DNA from: a virus
IMG/VR virus record: IMGVR_UViG_3300021376_000030
Location: 1 to 64,000 of that record
Reading direction: 5' to 3' (one strand)
DNA length: 64,000 nt
Part shown: positions 57,294-64,000 of the stretch, piece after piece
Position numbering within the stretch: the first letter of the stretch is position 1
Layout of the letters: every line of letters starts with the position of its first letter
Notes under the pieces: generated by a model
What the model was told of the DNA's origin: nothing
Database searches by the model: none
Seen by the model: the letters and a program-made list of their open reading frames with translations, nothing else
Program-made: the position numbers and the translations under genes

Positions 57294-58114
57294 AGCTTCC
57301 TACCTACACTGTAGAAATTAGTCTCTATGTTGGATGTAGTGTAAACTGTAATTACTGTCCCCATTTAAGCCTACTTAAAAAAAGCTCAGCAAAGTCTTTA
57401 ACAGTATCAGATTATAAACTCATACTCTCTAAAATACCAAAGTTTGTTGGAATAGCTTTTATTGGTATGAGCGAGCCTTTGTTACATAAAGATTTTAAGG
57501 AAATCTTATTACATACAATTAATGAAGGGTACGAGGTGGTTTGCTTTACTACTCTACCAGACAAATACCCAGAACATGTAGATTTATTTTTAGATTCAAA
57601 TCTATGGTTAGTTAGATCTCTCCACATACGAGATGATCAAATGTCATATAAGAATAATAGCGATTATTATTACAGTAATATAGAAAAGTATTTTTCTCAA
57701 ATTAATAAAAATTGTAGCGGCATAAAAAAGGATAGAATCTCTATTTTATCAAAAAATATAGATTTAAAAATACAGACACTTCTACAAAAGTATGATTTAT
57801 TAGACTATGCTCACAGGAGTGAGCCCTTTACCAGGATAAATGCACCTATGAAGTATAAAGCCAAGCCTAATAAGAAACTAAAAGGTAAGATTTATTGCTC
57901 TGAGCATCACGATAAAATACAGCATTTATTACCAGATGGTGATGTGGTCCTATGTTGTATGGATGTAGAAAAAAATCATGTATTGGGCAATCTCTATAAA
58001 GATAACTACGAATCATTGTTTAGAAGCAAAGAATATAATAAAATTCTTAATGGCTTTAATGATCACAAGGTAAACACTATATGCAGATCATGCGCATTTG
58101 CCAGAAAAGCATAA
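57284..58114 (+). CDS. radical SAM/SPASM protein
   Basis: CSVNCNYC; DGDVVLCCMD..CRSC; close paralog of 45826-47112 core. Confidence 0.85.
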   Translation: MQLKLPTYTVEISLYVGCSVNCNYCPHLSLLKKSSAKSLTVSDYKLILSKIPKFVGIAFIGMSEPLLHKDFKEILLHTINEGYEVVCFTTLPDKYPEHVDLFLDSNLWLVRSLHIRDDQMSYKNNSDYYYSNIEKYFSQINKNCSGIKKDRISILSKNIDLKIQTLLQKYDLLDYAHRSEPFTRINAPMKYKAKPNKKLKGKIYCSEHHDKIQHLLPDGDVVLCCMDVEKNHVLGNLYKDNYESLFRSKEYNKILNGFNDHKVNTICRSCAFARKA

Positions 58115-58121
58115 ATATAAT

Positions 58122-58472
58122 ATGGCAAATTACTGGCAGCCCAAAATAGATAATTGGATTACAGAAAATATTAATGTCAACAACACGGGGGCATTTCCTA
58201 TAAGCTACCAATATGCACCTAACGAGGGGGAAGAAAAATTTAAAATACATGTTGCAAACTATGGTCCAATGTCATTAAAAGAAATGAAAGAAAAAGTATG
58301 TGAAATACTAGAAGATTTGCATAATGCTGCAAACACTGATGATCATTCTGGCATTGAAAGAATACATCATCAATTATATGGTTCTCCTGAATTTAATAAT
58401 CTGCTTGCAAAATTTGTGGATACAGTAAAGCATATAAGGGCTAGTAATTCACCAGATCAAACCGAACGTTGA
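58122..58472 (+). CDS. late hypothetical protein
   Basis: TAAATA upstream. Confidence 0.5.
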   Translation: MANYWQPKIDNWITENINVNNTGAFPISYQYAPNEGEEKFKIHVANYGPMSLKEMKEKVCEILEDLHNAANTDDHSGIERIHHQLYGSPEFNNLLAKFVDTVKHIRASNSPDQTER

Positions 58473-58500
58473 ATTTGTAGAATTATGCGTAATTACTACA

Positions 58501-58680
58501 ATGACAACTGGTAAGACAAAAACTAAGATAACTGCTGATTTTGTCCTGGATGTATACGAACAGAGTAAAAAGAAAAAGGGTAAAGAAGCTCAAGACTTAC
58601 TACAAACGGCTATCACTCTTAGCAAACATTTAAATGAGTGGCTGGTGGTGCCAGATAATGTTACAAAAAAGAAGTCTTGA
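58501..58680 (+). CDS. 59-aa hypothetical protein
   Basis: Hand-translated MTTGKTKTKITADFVLDVYEQ... Confidence 0.45.
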   Translation: MTTGKTKTKITADFVLDVYEQSKKKKGKEAQDLLQTAITLSKHLNEWLVVPDNVTKKKS

Positions 58681-58708
58681 TATTTAATAAAATACTTTAA
58701 AATTAAGA

Positions 58709-59155
58709 ATGGAAAAGCTTTTCTTGTCGTGGAGCGATATTTATAACTCCTTAAACTGCATTGTTAATGAAACAAGTAATTATAGTAATAATGCTGCTAT
58801 TGTAGGGTTGTCTCGTGGAGGGTTGGTACCAGCAGTAATCTTTTCACATTTAAAAAATATTAACACTTTTTATACTTGCGGAATAAAAAGTTACAATGAA
58901 ACTAATAAAAGCACAGAAGTTATGTTTCAGTATCCAGATAAAAAGATTCTAAGCGATAAAGATGTTGTATATGTTATAGATGATATATGTGATTCAGGCG
59001 GTACCTTAAAATTTATGGAAAATTATTTGTTGCCTTTAAAGATGGTTTCTATTACTCTTGTATATAGAACAAATGAAGTCTACAAACCAAATTATTTTGG
59101 CACTCAGCTTTCGGACAACAGGTGGGTTGTTTTTCCGTGGGAAGAGACTAAATAA
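58709..59155 (+). CDS. purine phosphoribosyltransferase (Gpt-like)
   Basis: GLSRGGLVPA, VIDDICDSGGT, W.VFPWE. Confidence 0.9.
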   Translation: MEKLFLSWSDIYNSLNCIVNETSNYSNNAAIVGLSRGGLVPAVIFSHLKNINTFYTCGIKSYNETNKSTEVMFQYPDKKILSDKDVVYVIDDICDSGGTLKFMENYLLPLKMVSITLVYRTNEVYKPNYFGTQLSDNRWVVFPWEETK

Positions 59156-59212
59156 TAAACTAATATAGAGACATAGTTTTCTCCGGCCTATAGCCGTCAT
59201 ATATTTCATTTT

Positions 59213-59779
59213 ATGAAAACAACAAATAAAATACATAAGCTAAGCACACTGATCATAATTCTAATGCTGTCGACAGCATCTTTTTGTTTCACTGATTATC
59301 CAGAAAGACAAAAAAATATTAAAGATGTTAGGGCAGAATTAAAATCTATGAACCCAGCAGAAGAAAAGAAAGTTGCTAAACAAATTGAAGTCAAGCAAAA
59401 TGGTGTAAAGTATGATGGTGTTTTTATTCCAAAAACTGATAGAGGAGATTTTAATGTATTGACTGTGCGCTTAACTGTATATTGGGCTCGCGGTAGCGGC
59501 ACAGATCGTTATAGTGCTAAAAAGAAAAGCTCAACCGGCTATACATTAAAACAGGGTGAATCAATTGCGGTTGATCCTCGTATTATTCCTTATACTAAAG
59601 AAGTTATTATACCAAACATTGGATTAGTTAAAGCGGTTGACACCGGTACCGCTGTTAAAGAAAAGCGCGCATCTCGGGGCAAACTACCTGTAATAGATGT
59701 CTTCTTTGAACATAAAAGGGATGCTATATTATTTGCTAATAGATATCCAAAAATAGTAAAAGTAGCTGTATTAAATTAA
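59213..59779 (+). CDS. 3D-domain peptidoglycan lytic protein
   Basis: Signal peptide; IAVDP.IIP, AVDTG, IDVF. Confidence 0.8.
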   Translation: MKTTNKIHKLSTLIIILMLSTASFCFTDYPERQKNIKDVRAELKSMNPAEEKKVAKQIEVKQNGVKYDGVFIPKTDRGDFNVLTVRLTVYWARGSGTDRYSAKKKSSTGYTLKQGESIAVDPRIIPYTKEVIIPNIGLVKAVDTGTAVKEKRASRGKLPVIDVFFEHKRDAILFANRYPKIVKVAVLN

Positions 59780-59786
59780 ATAATAC

Positions 59787-60320
59787 ATGCGGTTCAATTT
59801 ACTAGTAAAACAATTATTAGAGGCAGCAGATGTGCCTCCTCAGCCCCCAGGCATTGTTCAGTCTGCTCCTAAGCAAGCTATAAGAAATATGGATATAATA
59901 GCAGCAGCATTAATAGGAGAAGCCGGCGGGGAGGGTGAAAAGGGAATGCACGCTGTTATGAATGTAATTTCCAACAGAGCTCAAACATCGTCTGATTTTG
60001 TCAAAGGAACAGTACAAGTTGTATTGAAACCAAAACAATTTAGCTTTTTTAATAAGTACACATCAGGGCAGGAGAGCATGGCGTCAATTGTAGATAAGGC
60101 AAAACAACACCCTAATTGGCCTAAAGCTTTAGAACTAGCTTTGGCGGGGTTATCAAAAAAACTACCAGATATTACAGATGGTGCAACCCACTATCATGTA
60201 TCAAGCGGGCCGAGCAAAGTACAACCAAAATGGTCACACCCTCAGGTTGGCGGGAAAAACCCTCAAGCAGTCGTCACTAATACTATAGGCAGACACACGT
60301 TCTTAAAAAATATTCGTTAA
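59787..60320 (+). CDS. SleB-like cell wall hydrolase (Hydrolase_2)
   Basis: GEAGGEG..GM.AV.NVI.NR, QFS, T.GATHY, P.W, IG.H.F. Confidence 0.9.
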   Translation: MRFNLLVKQLLEAADVPPQPPGIVQSAPKQAIRNMDIIAAALIGEAGGEGEKGMHAVMNVISNRAQTSSDFVKGTVQVVLKPKQFSFFNKYTSGQESMASIVDKAKQHPNWPKALELALAGLSKKLPDITDGATHYHVSSGPSKVQPKWSHPQVGGKNPQAVVTNTIGRHTFLKNIR

Positions 60321-60541
60321 CGCTTTCTCTTTTTTTTCTTGGTGACCATCTTTATCACTACCTGATCCTGCTGACCGGGTGCTATACCCTGGGGGCCTGC
60401 GCCCTTGAAACCTGATGGTAGCGGTCCTCTAAAATTTATATTTGGACCTGGGGATGGGGCAGGCCTGCCTTGAATATTTCTTGTTTGAGGGTAGACATTA
60501 AAATCTTCTAGTAATTTAGCAACCAAACTATTAAATTTCAT
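60317..60541 (-). CDS. small Pro/Lys-rich putative internal head protein
   Basis: MKFNSLVAKLLE leader. Confidence 0.5.
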   Translation of the reverse strand: MKFNSLVAKLLEDFNVYPQTRNIQGRPAPSPGPNINFRGPLPSGFKGAGPQGIAPGQQDQVVIKMVTKKKKRKR

Positions 60542-61695
60542 TAATATTTTATAATCTTAGTCACAACTGCTGACGGTTGTAAATTATTATGTGCTACTAG
60601 TGCATTAGATGCAGCATTGTTTTGGGTTGTAAGACCGCTTGGTGTTGTGCCACCGCCTTGGGCGCTTCTATTACTCGATTCGCAGCCTCCCGCAGATTTA
60701 AAACATCCCCCATATGACTGCTGGTGTGCGTGCGCTCTTAACCCACTTTCGTTTGCAGTTAATAGATGTGCCTCTGCTCCGCCGATATTTCCTACAGTAT
60801 TTCCCAATGTAGATGTAGCACTACCTCCAGCGCCGACAGATGTTCGTCTTCTTAAATCAGGTACATTGAAAGTAGTGGAACCGTCACCAACACCCCAGGT
60901 TGTACCAATTGCAGTAAACAAGGTTGCATAGGTTGATCTACTCACCGCAGATCCATCACAAAGCAAATAACCCACAGGGGCTGATGTACCGGCAAAATCT
61001 AAAACTGTCCCCGTAGGTATACCAGCAATATCAAGAGCACTTGCAAGAGAAGTTTTGATTGCCGCTGCAAAATCAGTAAAAGGAACATCTTGCGGTAACC
61101 CTGCAGTGGCAAGTCGGGCTTTAACTGTATTCGGCTGCATTACTGCTAATTTTTCGTTTGCTACACCTGCTGGTGTAATGTAAAGAGTATCTCCACTAAA
61201 TGTTAGTTCAGGACCTGGATCAGCTATACGTATTGTTTGATTACTAGAGATACGCTCTAATCCCCTTCCTATAGCAACACTTTGAAGGTAAGTCGCGTCT
61301 AGTGAATTTGTTTTTACAGCTAAATTGCCACCACTATTTGTTATAGTTGTTTCATCTGGCAATGCTGCGGCGCCATATTTTGTATAGCTAGATACAAGAG
61401 TAGAGTCGCTGGCGGTTAATGCATATATAAAACTAGATGTAGTATCATATACAATATCACCAATGACTGGTGCAAAGGCGAGTTGTGATACTGATAAATT
61501 TGAAGCTACCGGGCCAAATGCTGTAATACCAAGATTTTTTATACCTACAGGGACCCCGCCAGCCGTAGATCCGTCACCCACATATAGTCTTTTTGAATCT
61601 GTAGTATAGCCTGGCTCACCTTGCAATAAAATAAGGCCTGAGCGCTCTGACTCTAAGCCTCTTCTAAAAACAATTCGTGTAATAGGGTCTGGCAT
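60541..61695 (-). CDS. short tail fibre with collar domain (gp12-like)
   Basis: N-terminal RRG..L.GE.GY.TD..RLY.GDG.T.GG; P.G.V.DFAG..AP.GYL.CDG..VSR..YA.LF..IGT; H.N.QP. Confidence 0.85.
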   Translation of the reverse strand: MPDPITRIVFRRGLESERSGLILLQGEPGYTTDSKRLYVGDGSTAGGVPVGIKNLGITAFGPVASNLSVSQLAFAPVIGDIVYDTTSSFIYALTASDSTLVSSYTKYGAAALPDETTITNSGGNLAVKTNSLDATYLQSVAIGRGLERISSNQTIRIADPGPELTFSGDTLYITPAGVANEKLAVMQPNTVKARLATAGLPQDVPFTDFAAAIKTSLASALDIAGIPTGTVLDFAGTSAPVGYLLCDGSAVSRSTYATLFTAIGTTWGVGDGSTTFNVPDLRRRTSVGAGGSATSTLGNTVGNIGGAEAHLLTANESGLRAHAHQQSYGGCFKSAGGCESSNRSAQGGGTTPSGLTTQNNAASNALVAHNNLQPSAVVTKIIKY

Positions 61696-61751
61696 AATAT
61701 TATATATTTAGTATAATTGATTTATTTACAAAGGTAATTATAATAGGTGTA

Positions 61752-62282
61752 ATGAAAGGCACGACAATTACCTGTATAATAACTGAAGAAGAGAAGTATT
61801 TCAATAGCACTGTTTTAAAGAATAAATTAGCTAAATTCGGTACTATTGAGAATTTGCAAAGATATTACGTCTCTCGGTCTGCAGCAAAATTACTTAAGTC
61901 TGGTCTATCAGTACAGCAAGTCAGGGATAAACTCAATAGCAAGTCAATAAAACAGGTAGACTTCGAGGTACTATATAAATTAAAATTATTAAAGACTGCT
62001 AAAAAAAGAAAAAAATTTGTTAGTCCAGAAGAAGCAAAACTACAACGCGAACAAACCGAAAAAAATGAAAAAGACTGGTATAGTTTACAGGAAAAAATAA
62101 AAACATGTACTCGGACATGGGTTGAGGAAATGACAGGCGGTCCAAATAGATGTCAAGTACCTTATGGAGGCACATGTATAAGACCGGACATATATTATGA
62201 TAATGAACATAGCCGTGAAGGCCGCTGCAAGCCATGCCCATATCATGTACATTGCTTGTGTGGTAGTAAAGAGGTTTCTTGA
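61752..62282 (+). CDS. unknown family copy 3, with C-terminal Cys/His cluster
   Basis: ITCIIT...YYVSRSAAKLLKSG.SV; C.RPD...C..CPY..HC.C. Confidence 0.65.
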   Translation: MKGTTITCIITEEEKYFNSTVLKNKLAKFGTIENLQRYYVSRSAAKLLKSGLSVQQVRDKLNSKSIKQVDFEVLYKLKLLKTAKKRKKFVSPEEAKLQREQTEKNEKDWYSLQEKIKTCTRTWVEEMTGGPNRCQVPYGGTCIRPDIYYDNEHSREGRCKPCPYHVHCLCGSKEVS

Positions 62283-62629
62283 AGTCTAGAAAGCTCAAGT
62301 GTATTGTTACAGGTAAGACGCTAACAGCGGCACCTGATTATTATAAAAAAAAGCTAGAAAAAGCGGGCTCTGAAGAGGAATTACATAGAACATATATCTG
62401 TAAAGAAGCTAAAGATCTACTTTTAAAGGGGGTTACTGTAGAGCAAATTAGACAACAATTTGAAACTACTGAACAGTTACCGGCTGTACCTAGTGATGTA
62501 ATATTAGCTATTACCACCAATGAATATGGTGTAAAGCGTAATACAATGTTTTCAGAATTAACATCTTTTACTCACCAATCCACAGATTCTGATGTCAAGG
62601 ATTTTATAAATATGTTATATGGAGAGTAG
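62279..62629 (+). CDS. unknown family copy 4
   Basis: LKCIVTGK...Y.KK.EKAGS.E...YICKEAK.LL.KG.TVEQIR. Confidence 0.65.
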   Translation: MKSRKLKCIVTGKTLTAAPDYYKKKLEKAGSEEELHRTYICKEAKDLLLKGVTVEQIRQQFETTEQLPAVPSDVILAITTNEYGVKRNTMFSELTSFTHQSTDSDVKDFINMLYGE

Positions 62630-62843
62630 GGTATTTACAGTAACAAGTGATGGAACAACCTTAAGGTGTATTGATGCAAAAACAGGTAATCAATTTAATA
62701 CACTAAGACTTAGTGGTACCCTTGTGTCAGGCCCAATTGTAACTGGTGATCGGGTCACCGTAGTCATTCGACAAGGTAATACAAATTTTGGTAAAGTCTT
62801 TAAACTTCCATCTTTCTTACTTACATCTACGTTTCGCGGATAA
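62619..62843 (+). CDS. hypothetical beta-rich protein
   Basis: ORF. Confidence 0.5.
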   Translation: MESRVFTVTSDGTTLRCIDAKTGNQFNTLRLSGTLVSGPIVTGDRVTVVIRQGNTNFGKVFKLPSFLLTSTFRG

Positions 62844-62892
62844 TTAGTTTTTTTCCTCTTGAATTCTAACTATCTACAGTTACTATCTGTAT

Positions 62893-63384
62893 ATGGAGAT
62901 TGCATTAGATTACGAACTTGCAGAACAAGAACCATCGCTAGAATATTCCCTGCTCCCCGAAGACTTTTCGCATTATTTTTTTGCAGGTTATATTGTTAAA
63001 AATAGATATGACGAAGAGCGGCTGTCTATTCATAGTAAATTCAATCCTAAAAGATTTTCATTTACTACAAATAATAGCAAATATAATCTTTACGGCATAC
63101 TTAGCGAGGCTTCGCCAAATCATAAATTAATATCTGCTCTAACAAAAAATAATTTTATCAATATAGGCGAGTATAGTTCAATATTAACACTTAACGGATT
63201 ATCGTGTCTTACGTGTTTTCTACATTTTTCTCCTGGGCTCTATCCTATTGATTCCAACTATTTAAATAGATTTTTTCCTTCTATAGATGAATCCATCTTT
63301 AATAATAAAAAAATCATTCCTCATTTTCAAAAAATTAATAATATTTATTTGTTTGCGCTAATTAATCACAAAAAAAGTAACTAA
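62893..63384 (+). CDS. hypothetical protein
   Basis: ORF. Confidence 0.5.
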   Translation: MEIALDYELAEQEPSLEYSLLPEDFSHYFFAGYIVKNRYDEERLSIHSKFNPKRFSFTTNNSKYNLYGILSEASPNHKLISALTKNNFINIGEYSSILTLNGLSCLTCFLHFSPGLYPIDSNYLNRFFPSIDESIFNNKKIIPHFQKINNIYLFALINHKKSN

Positions 63385-63451
63385 AAAAACTTTTTTTAAA
63401 AAAAAAAATTACTGCAAAACTTTAGTATAAATATAAAATATTTTTTCTTGT

Positions 63452-64000
63452 ATGAGCACACAATTTTATGTAAAAAAACGATGCGGCAAAACAGAAAAGT
63501 TTAATATAGAAAAAATTAATAAAGTTATAAGTTGGGCTATTGAAGGCATTTCAGGGGTTAGTTTGTCAGATATTGAGATTAATGCAAAGCTAAACATAAC
63601 CGATAATGTTTCAACAAGAGACATTCATCAAAGCATTATAGAGGCTGCTGCTAATTTAATTTCTGTCGATACACCTAATTATCAATATGTCGCGGCTCGG
63701 CTACTAAACTATCAACTTAGAAAAGATGTATGGGGCGGCAAGCACCCACCTAGGTTGGTCGATATGGTATATGGAGGTGTTCGACGCAAGATATATGATG
63801 AGCTAATTTTAAAGAAATATACAGAAGATGAACTAAATAAAATTGGTGAGTGGATTGACCACGATAGGGACTTTTTGTTTACTTATGCGGGTATCAAACA
63901 GCTTTGTGACAAATATCTAATTAAAAATAGAGTTACAAATATTATACACGAAACACCGCAGTTTGCATATATTCTAATTGCTACTTATGCATTCGCAAAT
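63452..64000 (+). CDS. nrdA: ribonucleotide reductase class Ia alpha subunit (5' part, runs off window)
   Basis: Hand-translated VKKR.G..E...EKI ATP-cone, PNYQYVAARLL.YQLRKDVWG, IDHDRD..F.YAG..Q..DKYL, ETPQ. Confidence 0.93.
   Translation, partial: MSTQFYVKKRCGKTEKFNIEKINKVISWAIEGISGVSLSDIEINAKLNITDNVSTRDIHQSIIEAAANLISVDTPNYQYVAARLLNYQLRKDVWGGKHPPRLVDMVYGGVRRKIYDELILKKYTEDELNKIGEWIDHDRDFLFTYAGIKQLCDKYLIKNRVTNIIHETPQFAYILIATYAFAN

Noticed and set aside
76-62298. Many short antisense ORFs in the track (e.g. 2008-2382, 10570-10863, 28428-28745, 60617-60931)
   Set aside because: Shadows of well-supported genes on the opposite strand with no motifs or signals
1-64000. Stop-codon reassignment (alternative genetic code)
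   Set aside because: Long conserved genes are intact in code 11, all three stops end genes, and no suppressor tRNA was seen

Overview
AT-rich, gene-dense 64 kb segment of a large T4-like (myovirus) dsDNA phage. Hallmark genes are the portal gp20, a tail-terminator gp15-like gene, clamp-loader gp62-like, a GroES-like co-chaperonin, several tail-fibre/virion proteins, a holin-T-like GAF protein, the start of nrdA and T4-type late promoters TATAAATA. Accessory content: six tRNAs (including Ile-UAU with a long variable arm and Leu-UAA with a short one), ribosomal protein bS21, a PcyA/PcyX-like bilin reductase, RadA-like ATPase, two flavodoxin-fold reductases, deaminases, cell-wall hydrolases, and a ~15 kb glycosyltransferase/amidinotransferase/radical-SAM cassette directly behind a tail-fibre pair. 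Most notable unexplained signals: (1) a ~350 nt highly structured non-coding element with its own promoter next to tRNA-Ile2; (2) a ~110 nt structured element upstream of the bilin reductase; (3) the gp15-like gene apparently starting at ATT behind a hairpin-occluded SD with a late-promoter core in the hairpin, right after bS21; (4) a four-member unknown protein family; (5) enzymes with T4 capsid-targeting-like leaders; (6) a radical SAM enzyme fused to a tail-fibre-assembly-like domain. All functional calls come from motif recognition by eye; no database searches were run.
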